Source: a virus (lineage: Duplodnaviria > Heunggongvirae > Uroviricota > Caudoviricetes). Taken from it: 32,452 nucleotides of DNA. Under the pieces are notes generated by a model that saw nothing but the letters and a program-made list of their open reading frames with translations, was not told the origin of the DNA and made no database searches. How positions within the stretch are numbered: position 1 is the first letter of the stretch; each line of letters opens with the position of its first letter. Below, one piece after another: positions 9,735-17,734 of the stretch. The DNA is taken from the IMG/VR virus record IMGVR_UViG_2568526722_000001; one strand, 5' to 3'. Position numbers and translations under genes: made by a program.

Positions 9735-10602
9735 TTGTCACCCCCATTGATATGCAGGGTGTCTTCTTCCTGTATTTTTCGTGAAGGATTTTTACTGCAG
9801 CGTTGTTCCAGGTGACCTGATGGTGAATGCGTTTATGGCTGGCACCCATCAGTGAAATTTTTACGCACGACGGCGCATACATGACGGAGTAAAAACTTTT
9901 AACGTAGGTTCCGGAATCCAGATACAGCTCGGTCATTCCGCCGCTGTTTTTCTGCGTCTGTTTCTGCCCTAACTGGACAGCACCGATCGTCATAAACAAT
10001 TCACCACAGCGACCGAGATTCGTGTACGTATTCACATCCTCGTTAATGCGCCCCATGAATGAGAACGGTCGATCAACCGAACAGATAAAGCTGTTCATTG
10101 CCTTGCGTTTCACCCACGAAGCATGGCCGCCATTGTCACCAAGAAAATCCCCGCCCTGCGACATAGCGATGGAAAGAGCAGGTATTGATTCGTAGTACGC
10201 CAGCATTTCAGAAAGGATCGCATCCAGTTTCCTTATCGGAAAATAGGCCTGGTCATAGTTGCGATCCACCCGAAACTGGAACTCGTGATAATCATCATCG
10301 AGCTGAATGAAGTATTTACACCCGACCAGTTTTGCCAGGTCGAAACAGGCATTACGGGCGTAAAAAATTGAGCGGCGGTCACAGAAATTATCGGCTTCGT
10401 CAAAACGACTGGCGATATCGGCTTTGGAAAACACCAGCACCTGTTCACCAAATTCAGCCATGTACTGATGCCGTGTCTTATCTTCATCATCAACAACGAT
10501 AAAAATTTTCCCGGTATAGCCAGCACGACGCAACGTCCGGTAAGTCAGAACTTTGTCCGGTCGCCCGTGAGTCAGAATAAAGGCGCAAAAATCATCACGC
10601 AT
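9670..10602 (-). CDS. DxD-motif protein, possibly a nucleotide-sugar transferase-like enzyme (intact counterpart of the K-12 Rac ydaY remnant?)
   Basis: Start taken at the ATG at 10602, which has a strong GGAGGAGG Shine-Dalgarno and overlaps the ParB-like stop (ATGCGTGA). Contains IVVDDED and QLDDDYHEF motifs. The functional call is an inference from these motifs only. Confidence 0.45.
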   Translation of the reverse strand: MRDDFCAFILTHGRPDKVLTYRTLRRAGYTGKIFIVVDDEDKTRHQYMAEFGEQVLVFSKADIASRFDEADNFCDRRSIFYARNACFDLAKLVGCKYFIQLDDDYHEFQFRVDRNYDQAYFPIRKLDAILSEMLAYYESIPALSIAMSQGGDFLGDNGGHASWVKRKAMNSFICSVDRPFSFMGRINEDVNTYTNLGRCGELFMTIGAVQLGQKQTQKNSGGMTELYLDSGTYVKSFYSVMYAPSCVKISLMGASHKRIHHQVTWNNAAVKILHEKYRKKTPCISMGVTNDSVFESRVSGSVPDDCTTNR

Positions 10603-11386
10603 ATTCCTCCTCCTCACCACCATGCATGATCTCCACCATGCGCTGCGTCATCCGGACAAATCCATTTTCAATAGCCTGCTGATAATCAATGATCACCAGC
10701 GCCGACTCCTCGAAAAAACACTGAATTTCAGAGGGGGCGTGAGCGTAATAGTCCGCAATTCTGCTGAAATTAAACACCGTGTGACGTTCTGCCGCACACA
10801 GGAGGAATTTCTCAATATCAGGCTCAAGGGACGCCGAACGTATCCGGCTGATCAGCTCCTGAGTTTTCGTATCGTCGTACAGTTCACTGATATCCGGTTT
10901 ACCGCCCGACGGCTCATAAACAGGCGTATCAATTTTCGTCGTATACGGCTCCTCCTCATTTCCTGTACCGGGCAAAACATCCGTCAACAGTTCATCAATT
11001 TCTGTCGGGATGAAGCCTGTCAGGGAGACATCAAAATCAGCATTGATTAGGTCCGACAGCTCCATCCGCAACAGATCTTCATCCCAGCCAGCATTCATCG
11101 GCAGGCGATTATCTGCCAGGCGGTACGCCTTTTTCTGCTCCTCCGTCAGGCCAGACAGAACAATGACCGGAACAGAATCCATTTTGAGCATTTCAGCCGC
11201 CATAACACGACCGTGACCCGCAATAATTTCGCCCTTTTCGTCAATCAGCACCGGATTAGTCCAGCCGAATTGCTTAATACTTTCTACCAGTTGTGCCACC
11301 TGCTCAGTACTGTGCGTCCTGGCGTTGTGCGCATACGGTGACAATTCTTGTAATGGGCGATAGACTATCTTTAATTTCTCGCTCAT
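10595..11386 (-). CDS. ParB-like nuclease domain protein (full-length counterpart of K-12 Rac ynaK)
   Basis: The N-terminal region (YRPLQELSPYAHNARTHSTEQVAQLVESIKQFGWTNPVLID...GHGRVMAA) has the ParB/Srx-like signature. ATG at 11386 with an AAGG upstream. Confidence 0.7.
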   Translation of the reverse strand: MSEKLKIVYRPLQELSPYAHNARTHSTEQVAQLVESIKQFGWTNPVLIDEKGEIIAGHGRVMAAEMLKMDSVPVIVLSGLTEEQKKAYRLADNRLPMNAGWDEDLLRMELSDLINADFDVSLTGFIPTEIDELLTDVLPGTGNEEEPYTTKIDTPVYEPSGGKPDISELYDDTKTQELISRIRSASLEPDIEKFLLCAAERHTVFNFSRIADYYAHAPSEIQCFFEESALVIIDYQQAIENGFVRMTQRMVEIMHGGEEEEYA

Positions 11387-11523
11387 ACAGCCTTGCTTTA
11401 TGAATAAAACGCACCCCAGCAGCCAGTGCTACTGGGGGCGGAGGTGTTGCTGGTAAAGTTAGGTATTGGATCAATGAGTGAGTCAATATAATATTAAACT
11501 CACAATTATAAATCAGCCATATA

Positions 11524-12981
11524 TTAGGAGCGCCAAAAAAAACCTGAAAACAATATAATAACAGGATAAATTTCAAGGCGACCAAGAATCATAGCTATGC
11601 ACATTAAATATTTTGCAATGTCATTAAGCACTCCGAATGACGATGCAGTAGCCCCAAAACCTAATCCCATATTATTAATACATGCAGCCACTGTTGCAAA
11701 TGATGTAAGAAAATCATATCCCATACCATTTAACACCAGTATAAAAAACACCGTGAAGAGAGTATAAAGAAAAAAGAAACTCCATACAGACCTCATTACA
11801 CGATCTGTAACTATCTTCCCTCCTACATTTACACTCAACAACGCTCTGGGATGAGAAAGCTGATTTATCTCGTGTTTGCTTTGTTTGAAAAGTATAAGAA
11901 ATCGAAGTGACTTAATTCCACCACAAGTTGAACCTATACATCCCCCAAAGAAACTTGACGACAGCAAAAACACTATCGTGTGCGTGGGCCAGTTTGCATA
12001 ATCCTGCGTAGCTAAACCATTATCAGTGAGCATGGAGCTGGCAAGAAAAAACGAATGAATAAAACTTCCATGCAAGTCATACATACCTATATGCCAGACC
12101 TGGAAAGAGGTAACAATGATCACCCCTAAGGCTATTAACAGAAAGAAACGAAGTTCAATATCTCTGATTAAAGGTTTTATCGTTTTCCTGCTAATAACAA
12201 TATACCAAAGAGTGAAGTTGAAAGCCGATAGCAGGGAAAAAGAACCAGCCACCAGCTCAACCAAATAGTTATTAAAATATCCGATACTCTCGCTATGAGT
12301 TGAGAAACCACCAAGCGAAACTGTGGAAATCCCGTGACAAATAGCATCAAACAAAGGCATTCCTGCAAGTCTATAACAGACAATACAAGCAATACCTAAT
12401 AAAGAATAAGTTATCCACAGTGTCCGTGACGTATCGGCCAGGCGGGGAGTGAGTTTGTCATCCTTAAATGGCCCCGGCATTTCTGACTGATAAAGCTTTG
12501 CACCACCAATACCCAATAATGGCAATACAGCAACCGCCAGAACAATAACTCCTAAACCACCTATAAAATTTAACTGTGACCGATAGTACAAATATGCCCG
12601 AGGTAATGAACTAACATCATCAATTACAGTTGCTCCTGTTGTTGTTATTCCAGAAACCCCTTCAAACAGAGCATCAATGAACGTTAAATTAAGTTCTGAG
12701 TCAATCCATAAAGGGAATGCACTAATAACAGAAAACAAAATCCAAAACATTACAATTATAATAAACCCATCACGGGTACGTAATTGAATGCCAGATTTCT
12801 TAGTTGTATACCACGCTCCGCCACCAATGCAAAAAAATATAACGAAAGTTATAAAGAAAACGAACAGGCTTTTTTCTTTATAAAACAATGCTACAACCAT
12901 TGGTGGCAACATTGAAAGACTATAGAGCCAAACCAGGAACCCACACATATGAGTAACAACTCTTACATGAGATGTATTCAT
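11524..12981 (-). CDS. trkG: Potassium uptake protein TrkG
   Basis: 485-aa polytopic membrane protein from MNTSHVRVV..., matching my memory of the Rac prophage TrkG from E. coli K-12. The gene is visibly AT-rich compared with its neighbours. Confidence 0.9.
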   Translation of the reverse strand: MNTSHVRVVTHMCGFLVWLYSLSMLPPMVVALFYKEKSLFVFFITFVIFFCIGGGAWYTTKKSGIQLRTRDGFIIIVMFWILFSVISAFPLWIDSELNLTFIDALFEGVSGITTTGATVIDDVSSLPRAYLYYRSQLNFIGGLGVIVLAVAVLPLLGIGGAKLYQSEMPGPFKDDKLTPRLADTSRTLWITYSLLGIACIVCYRLAGMPLFDAICHGISTVSLGGFSTHSESIGYFNNYLVELVAGSFSLLSAFNFTLWYIVISRKTIKPLIRDIELRFFLLIALGVIIVTSFQVWHIGMYDLHGSFIHSFFLASSMLTDNGLATQDYANWPTHTIVFLLSSSFFGGCIGSTCGGIKSLRFLILFKQSKHEINQLSHPRALLSVNVGGKIVTDRVMRSVWSFFFLYTLFTVFFILVLNGMGYDFLTSFATVAACINNMGLGFGATASSFGVLNDIAKYLMCIAMILGRLEIYPVIILFSGFFWRS

Positions 12982-13118
12982 ATCTAAATATTCTTTCAAT
13001 TATAACCACCTTGCTGCAATATTATGATTATACTGTATAAAATTTAACTCCTCTTAGATCTTACTTCACTGTTCCTTATGAAACAATCATCAAAATGAAT
13101 CATATTGTAGTTAAGATT

Positions 13119-13583
13119 TTACTTTAAACACTGCTCGGTTATGTATTGCTGAGCACCTTCAAGTTGGGCCTGCATCATTACCAGTCGTTCCCGGAGGGTG
13201 AAATAATCCCGTTCAGCGGTGTCTGCCAGTCGGGGGGAGGCTGCATTATCCACGCCGGAGGCGGTGGTGGCTTCACGCACTGACTGACAGACTGCTTTGA
13301 TGTGCAACCGACGACGACCAGCGGCAACATCATCACGCAGAGCATCATTTTCAGCTTTCGCATCAGCTAACTCCTTCGTGTATTTTGCATCGAGCGCAGC
13401 AACATCACGCTGACGCATCTGCATGTCAGTAATTGCCGCGTTCGCCAGCTTCAGTTCTCTGGCATTTTTGTCGCGCTGTTCTTTGTAGGCGATGGCGTTA
13501 TCACGGTAATGATTAACACCCCATGACAGGCAGACGACGATGCAGATAACCAGAGCGGAGATAATCGCGGTTACTCTGCTCAT
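13119..13583 (-). CDS. rzpR: Rz i-spanin (intact lambda Rz homologue)
   Basis: [55 protein letters not shown]... is near-identical to lambda Rz as I remember it. The start overlaps the endolysin stop. Confidence 0.9.
   Translation of the reverse strand: MSRVTAIISALVICIVVCLSWGVNHYRDNAIAYKEQRDKNARELKLANAAITDMQMRQRDVAALDAKYTKELADAKAENDALRDDVAAGRRRLHIKAVCQSVREATTASGVDNAASPRLADTAERDYFTLRERLVMMQAQLEGAQQYITEQCLK
13178..13363 (-). CDS. rzoR: Rz1 o-spanin lipoprotein, embedded in the +1 frame of Rz
   Basis: [61 protein letters not shown] has a signal peptide with a lipobox cysteine and a proline-rich body. It is near-identical to lambda Rz1. Confidence 0.85.
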   Translation of the reverse strand: MRKLKMMLCVMMLPLVVVGCTSKQSVSQCVKPPPPPAWIMQPPPDWQTPLNGIISPSGNDW

Positions 13584-14056
13584 ACCTCAATCTCTCTGAC
13601 CGTTCCGCCAGCTTCTTTGAATTTTGCAATCAGACTGTCAGCCTTATGCTCGAACTGACCATAACCAGCGCCCGGCAGTGAAGCCCATATATTGCTGCAA
13701 CGGTCGATAGCCTGACGGATATCACCGCGATCAATCATCGGCAAAGCGCCACGCTCTTTAATCTGCTGCAGCGCTACAGCATCCTGACTTTCTGGAGAAA
13801 AATCTTTCAGGCCAAGTTGCTTGCGGTAGGCATCCCACCAGCGTGAAAGAAGCTGGTAACGTCCAGCGGCTGTTGATTTGAGTTTCGGATTTAGCGTGAC
13901 AAGTTTGCGGGGGTGATCGGAGTAATCAGTGAACAGTTCGCCACCGACAATAACATCATAACCGTGATTTCTGGTTTTCTGCCGTCCGTTATCTGTTCCT
14001 TCTGACCATGCCACCATATCAAGGAAAGCTTTACGCTGGGAATTAAGTGTCTGCAT
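13580..14056 (-). CDS. Endolysin (lambda R-like lytic transglycosylase)
   Basis: 158-aa protein: [62 protein letters not shown]... is near-identical to lambda R. AAGGAG Shine-Dalgarno 6 nt before the ATG. Confidence 0.9.
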   Translation of the reverse strand: MQTLNSQRKAFLDMVAWSEGTDNGRQKTRNHGYDVIVGGELFTDYSDHPRKLVTLNPKLKSTAAGRYQLLSRWWDAYRKQLGLKDFSPESQDAVALQQIKERGALPMIDRGDIRQAIDRCSNIWASLPGAGYGQFEHKADSLIAKFKEAGGTVREIEV

Positions 14057-14059
14057 TAA

Positions 14060-14401
14060 TTACTCCTTATGGGCACCGAACTTGTTACCGATGACCCTCA
14101 TTGCCGCACCACGAATAGCATCAACACCAATCAGCCCCACCCCACCACCAATGGCAACAGAAAGTGATTTAGGCCATCCGACATACTCAAGCGCGGATGC
14201 AAAGGTCAGCGTCAGAGCACCACAAAGCAGAATCTCAAGCGTTTTTCGTTTCCAGCCGCCGCCACCGCCAAAATAGGCAATGCGCAAACCAGCCATAATA
14301 ATTGACATAACCACTGCACCCAGCGGCGTATCTCCACGCCACCAACTTTGTAAGAGTTCCAGTAAGTCAGGCCAGGAATGAGGGGCATTGTGCATTTTCA
14401 T
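14060..14401 (-). CDS. Holin (class I-like) with an M-K-M dual-start motif
   Basis: Lies immediately upstream of the endolysin and has three predicted transmembrane segments. GGAGG sits 8 nt before the ATG at 14401, and a second in-frame ATG lies two codons later (MKMHNAP...), as in lambda S107/S105. The track ORF begins at a GTG at 14410. Confidence 0.7.
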   Translation of the reverse strand: MKMHNAPHSWPDLLELLQSWWRGDTPLGAVVMSIIMAGLRIAYFGGGGGWKRKTLEILLCGALTLTFASALEYVGWPKSLSVAIGGGVGLIGVDAIRGAAMRVIGNKFGAHKE

Positions 14402-14494
14402 AAGCCTCACCTCCGAGAGTTCGGATGGTGCTAAGTGTAAGATTCAGGCTCTCAGGCTTGCTAACAAGAAGTCGAGGATGTTTCCGGAGCCTAA

Positions 14495-14524
14495 CAACGA
14501 AAAAGCCCCGGGACATGCCGGGGC
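14495..14524 (-). terminator. Intrinsic terminator between the moron gene and the holin
   Basis: GC-rich 7-bp stem (gccccgg / ccggggc) with a 6-nt loop. On the minus strand the hairpin is followed by uuuucguugu. Confidence 0.5.
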
Positions 14525-14618
14525 CAGATGGAGTGCCAGATTAAGCTTCTGGCGGTATATACTCGTGTTTGATATCGTTAAATCGCCAAAAGTAACAATT
14601 CAAACAAAGAGGATTTTT

Positions 14619-14780
14619 ATGTCTGAAAAAAACAAACCACAAGGTGAAAATAAACCTCAGCACCCCGTGGCACCAAAACCAACTCCAACACAAAGTACTA
14701 CAGACTTTGCTACACGTCGTGTTTTTGTTGGAGATTCTGCCGACTCAGTCATTGAACATATAAAAAAACAGCCGAGATAA
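14619..14780 (+). CDS. Small hypothetical protein of 53 aa
   Basis: The ATG at 14619 is preceded by AAGAGG. The product MSEKNKPQGENKPQHPVAPKPTPTQSTTDFATRRVFVGDSADSVIEHIKKQPR is proline/lysine-rich with no recognisable domain. It converges on and overlaps the 3' end of the moron gene. Confidence 0.3.
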   Translation: MSEKNKPQGENKPQHPVAPKPTPTQSTTDFATRRVFVGDSADSVIEHIKKQPR

Positions 14781-15318
14781 ACATCGCCGCTACCGGAGCA
14801 AGGATGGTATACATCCTTGCTTTATCGAGACTCGTGCGGATTTTCTCATTTTCCAACAGTAACTCTCTTGCTGTATCACTCAAGTCAACAAGGCGATACC
14901 TTCGTATAAGCGGCAATAACTTATCAGGTCCTAAATATCCTGCATCAGCGAATATTTTAAAGCTCGAGGGCTCCATATCCTTATATTTTTCATGATATAG
15001 ATGATCAGGAGGGGCATTGATCAGGCCCCTAACCTTCACAGATAAACCAGTACATACCAAGTAAATGGCGCACCATGTCCATAGTAATGTAAATGTGGTA
15101 ATTCCGGCGGTGAGAAAATCGAAATTAGTTTTCTGTGTCAGCAATAAAAAAGATGAACCAATTCCAACAATCTGAATGTTCAGAAGTTTGTATCCATTCT
15201 CAACATTGGTTTTGTTAGAAAGATGAATCTCTCGTATCGTCTCTTCCCCTTGTTTTTCAAGATAATCGACGAGCTCATCATCTACTCCTAAAAAATAATC
15301 TTTAGGTAGTTCTCTCAT
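14749..15318 (-). CDS. Uncharacterised membrane protein (moron between Q and the lysis cassette)
   Basis: ATG at 15318 with a strong GGAGGTGAG Shine-Dalgarno. The 189-aa product has a cytoplasmic-looking N-terminal domain, then hydrophobic segments (FLLLTQKTNFDFLTAGITTFTLLWTWCAIYLVC and MYTILAPVAAMFISAVFLYVQ). The gene is AT-rich. Confidence 0.55.
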   Translation of the reverse strand: MRELPKDYFLGVDDELVDYLEKQGEETIREIHLSNKTNVENGYKLLNIQIVGIGSSFLLLTQKTNFDFLTAGITTFTLLWTWCAIYLVCTGLSVKVRGLINAPPDHLYHEKYKDMEPSSFKIFADAGYLGPDKLLPLIRRYRLVDLSDTARELLLENEKIRTSLDKARMYTILAPVAAMFISAVFLYVQ

Positions 15319-15426
15319 CTCACCTCCACATCCTGTACTGAAAACAATTTTACCAGAATGTCTCGATTCTAGGTATTCCGCCAGGAATCGCGCTCCAGAA
15401 ATGAAACATCAGGTTCGCCAGTACCA

Positions 15427-15456
15427 GAAACAACAAAACCCGCTCAATGGCGGGTT
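15427..15456 (-). terminator. Intrinsic terminator downstream of Q (tR'-like)
   Basis: Hairpin aacccgc / gcgggtt with a 6-nt loop, followed on the minus strand by uuguuguuucugg. It lies about 85-115 nt downstream of the Q stop. Confidence 0.5.
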
Positions 15457-15539
15457 CTGGTAAAGTTCATGCGCTTGGTTCGCCTCGCGATACAGCTTTG
15501 CGAAGCATACCGGAATTGAAGCAGTTTATGCGTAAAAAA
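15457..15539 (-). promoter_or_regulatory. Candidate late promoter (pR'-like) and Q-utilisation region
   Basis: Positional inference only: the interval between the Q stop and the tR'-like terminator. The minus strand contains TTGATT, then 17 nt, then TTCAAT as a weak -35/-10 candidate. Confidence 0.3.
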
Positions 15540-16082
15540 TCAAGCTATTTTTTGAGCAAATGATTCTCGCATGGGAATATATAGGGCATACTCAGCAACA
15601 GCCAACCAATTAGCAATTCGCTTTTCGCATGTGCTAAAACACCACTCAGGATGTGCATCATTTAGCAATTCAGCCATTTTGCGCTTAGTCATCCCCCGTC
15701 CTTCATACCGTTGCCGGAGGACACTAATCAATCCAGGATGCTCTGCCAGCACCTCACTTATGACTCTATCAATACATAACGCCTCTGCATCAGTACAATG
15801 CGCCAGCCAGGTCTTTTGCTTGCCATTGATCATCTCTCGCAAAAACGCTTCCAGCTCAGGTTTCTCTATTCCCGCTTTTTTCATCCTGCGCAGGGCTTCA
15901 TTGACGGCTGTTTTCGTCAATTTTTTGGATGCCAGCAACTGGTTAAACATATTTCCCGTCTTACCGCCGCCAATATACGACCAGCGCCCCCACATGCGCA
16001 GTTTTCCCTGAATCCAGACACTTTCCAGCGTGGTGAGACGAAGGTGTTCCCCGCTTTTGCCTGTATTTGTTGGGTAAATCAT
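15540..16082 (-). CDS. Late-gene antiterminator Q
   Basis: The protein (MIYPTNTGKSGEHLRLTTLESVWIQGKLRMWGRWSYIGGGKTG...) resembles lambdoid Q antiterminators. It lies upstream of the lysis genes. The ATG at 16082 overlaps the upstream stop (ATGA) and has GAAGG at -6. Confidence 0.75.
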   Translation of the reverse strand: MIYPTNTGKSGEHLRLTTLESVWIQGKLRMWGRWSYIGGGKTGNMFNQLLASKKLTKTAVNEALRRMKKAGIEKPELEAFLREMINGKQKTWLAHCTDAEALCIDRVISEVLAEHPGLISVLRQRYEGRGMTKRKMAELLNDAHPEWCFSTCEKRIANWLAVAEYALYIPMRESFAQKIA

Positions 16083-16369
16083 AAATAACCTTCCTTTCTC
16101 CAGATTTCTTGTGTGCGAAAAACACCTTCTGCATGCATCAGGCGTAATTCTTCTTTGGTGTAATCGCTGGTTTTTACCCGCCCGTCGATTAAATCGTGGC
16201 ATGAGCTACAGGCAATCGCTGCCTGCATATCGTGTGGTTTTGTCACTGTTCCGCACGTCCCCGCCAGCCTGTAATGCGCCAGCACAGATGTTTCGGGATT
16301 GTGATTGCAGTAGCCAGGAATTCTGACGGTGCACATCTGCCCCCGCGCCGCTTTACGTAAATCCACCAT
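16079..16369 (-). CDS. YbcO-like protein (DUF1364; putative nuclease of the nin region)
   Basis: 96 aa: MVDLRKAARGQMCTVRIPGYCNHNPETSVLAHYRLAGTCGTVTKPHDMQAAIACSSCHDLIDGR... This has the same length and cysteine pattern as DLP12 YbcO. Confidence 0.7.
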   Translation of the reverse strand: MVDLRKAARGQMCTVRIPGYCNHNPETSVLAHYRLAGTCGTVTKPHDMQAAIACSSCHDLIDGRVKTSDYTKEELRLMHAEGVFRTQEIWRKEGYL

Positions 16370-16968
16370 TACGCAAACTCCAGCAGCTGCGCGGCCACAT
16401 TTTCGACTTGTTCCGGAGAGGAAAATTTACGGAACAGAATCCAGTTCCACAGCACATTCAGAACAGATTTATAAACCTGCTGAAACTCGGTTTCGTCCAT
16501 ATTCGCAAAAGCGATAGATTTTGCCCGACGCCCGCGGCTACCGTCCGGATAAAAATGTTCGGTGTAAAATCCAGCCTGAATGGTTACCCACTCGCGAAAA
16601 GCCTCAAACGACTTTAGCAATGCCGTATCCCGGGTTCTGCGTGTCGCAACTGTATTCAGATATTGCTCTGCGGCATCACTCAGGGCTGGCGTGTGTTCCC
16701 GACCAACTGATTCGCACAGGTAATCAACGAAACCAGACAGCAGTTCTCGTTCGCGAGGCGTGATCGCCCCACCGACCGGAGTCCAGTAATCGAATCCCAG
16801 TTGCAGGAGTTTGAAAAAACGCTTGTGGAATGCGTAGTTACGCACACGCTTAAAGTCTGCGTGTATCCACTCGCCTATTTTGATTTGATGCAGAAAATCA
16901 CAACTCTCCGGCGTCGCCGGGAGAAGTAATCCGGAAGAGGTTTGTTTGACCAGTTGTATATGCGCCAT
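16369..16968 (-). CDS. nin-region protein (DUF1367-like)
   Basis: 199-aa ORF with a confirmed ATG, immediately upstream of the YbcO-like gene with a TAA/ATG junction. The family assignment is from memory of the typical DUF1367-DUF1364 gene pair. Confidence 0.5.
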   Translation of the reverse strand: MAHIQLVKQTSSGLLLPATPESCDFLHQIKIGEWIHADFKRVRNYAFHKRFFKLLQLGFDYWTPVGGAITPRERELLSGFVDYLCESVGREHTPALSDAAEQYLNTVATRRTRDTALLKSFEAFREWVTIQAGFYTEHFYPDGSRGRRAKSIAFANMDETEFQQVYKSVLNVLWNWILFRKFSSPEQVENVAAQLLEFA

Positions 16969-17240
16969 TTCTTAATCTCTCGATGGCGCAGCGCAGCAGA
17001 TGCCAGTTGTTCAGGCTGACGTATGAAGTATAAATAAACTGGCTCCAGTGTAAAGCCCCACCTTAATGGAATAAAAACCAAACAACAGATTGCTGGGATA
17101 CAAACAACGCTTATTATTAAAAGCGGTTAAACAAATTAAATTTTAATGTTATGCAAATCTGCCAGATCACCATAATATCTCATTTAAAAACCGCTGAAAT
17201 AACAACCCTATTAGGGTTAATCATATTAAGGTGAGTAAAT

Positions 17241-17327
17241 ATGGAAAACAACAAATCTGCACATTACGTTCCTTTTTTATCTGTAATACTTTTTGTTTTA
17301 TGCTGTGCGTGGGCATTATTTTTATAA
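17241..17327 (+). CDS. Candidate small hydrophobic peptide of 28 aa
   Basis: ATG preceded by AAGGTGAG at -7. The product MENNKSAHYVPFLSVILFVLCCAWALFL would be a single transmembrane helix. It converges on the hok-like gene. Confidence 0.25.
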   Translation: MENNKSAHYVPFLSVILFVLCCAWALFL

Positions 17328-17433
17328 AAATATTCACAGATAAAATATACCCGCCAAAGTTGGTTAAGTGCGGGTGCGTTGAGGATGCCTGACTCATCAG
17401 AGGTGGCGAGGGATTTCTCCCTCGCCTGGTCTC

Positions 17434-17586
17434 TCACTCCTCAGGTTCGTAAGCTGTGAAGACAGCGACCTCCGTCTGACCGGTTCGGATTTGTACCTCG
17501 CAGAAGTCTTTCCTTGTTACCAGTGCCATCACAACGACGGTAATACAGATGACAATCAGGGCGATTAACATCGTCTTTTGCTGCAT
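17434..17586 (-). CDS. hok: Hok/Gef-family type I toxin
   Basis: The 50-aa product MQQKTMLIALIVICITVVVMALVTRKDFCEVQIRTGQTEVAVFTAYEPEE is highly similar to HokC(Gef) and HokD(RelF) as I remember them. A perfect 8-bp stem hairpin (ggcgaggg / ccctcgcc) follows the stop at about 17405-17427. Confidence 0.8.
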   Translation of the reverse strand: MQQKTMLIALIVICITVVVMALVTRKDFCEVQIRTGQTEVAVFTAYEPEE

Positions 17587-17600
17587 CACAGCCTACTTAC

Positions 17601-17635
17601 CCTTACCTTTCGTTCAAGCGGTAAGGTCACTTTTT
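17601..17635 (+). ncRNA. Candidate Sok-like antisense RNA 3' end (terminator hairpin plus T-tract) next to the hok start
   Basis: Plus-strand inverted repeat ccttacc (12 nt) ggtaagg followed by tcactttttctg, 15 nt beyond the hok start codon. Position and orientation fit an antisense RNA terminator. The 5' end and promoter are not identified. Confidence 0.3.
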
Positions 17636-17734
17636 CTGTTGTGTGCTAACCAACAAACCTCTTTTATCTGCATTAAAAATCGTTATCATGTCATCCTCAA
17701 CCTGTTAATAGCCTATTATGGACTTTAGTAAACA

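Noticed and set aside
12177-12392. 71-aa ORF on the minus strand inside trkG
   Set aside because: Alternative frame within the trkG coding sequence.
14388-14618. Long form (130 aa) of the plus-strand ORF upstream of 14619
   Set aside because: The 5' part overlaps the holin start region and a terminator hairpin and has no ribosome-binding site. Only the distal ATG at 14619 with AAGAGG was kept, at low confidence.
16875-17081. 68-aa minus-strand ORF spanning the start of the DUF1367-like gene
   Set aside because: It overlaps the 5' end of a better-supported gene and extends into AT-rich intergenic DNA with no Shine-Dalgarno.
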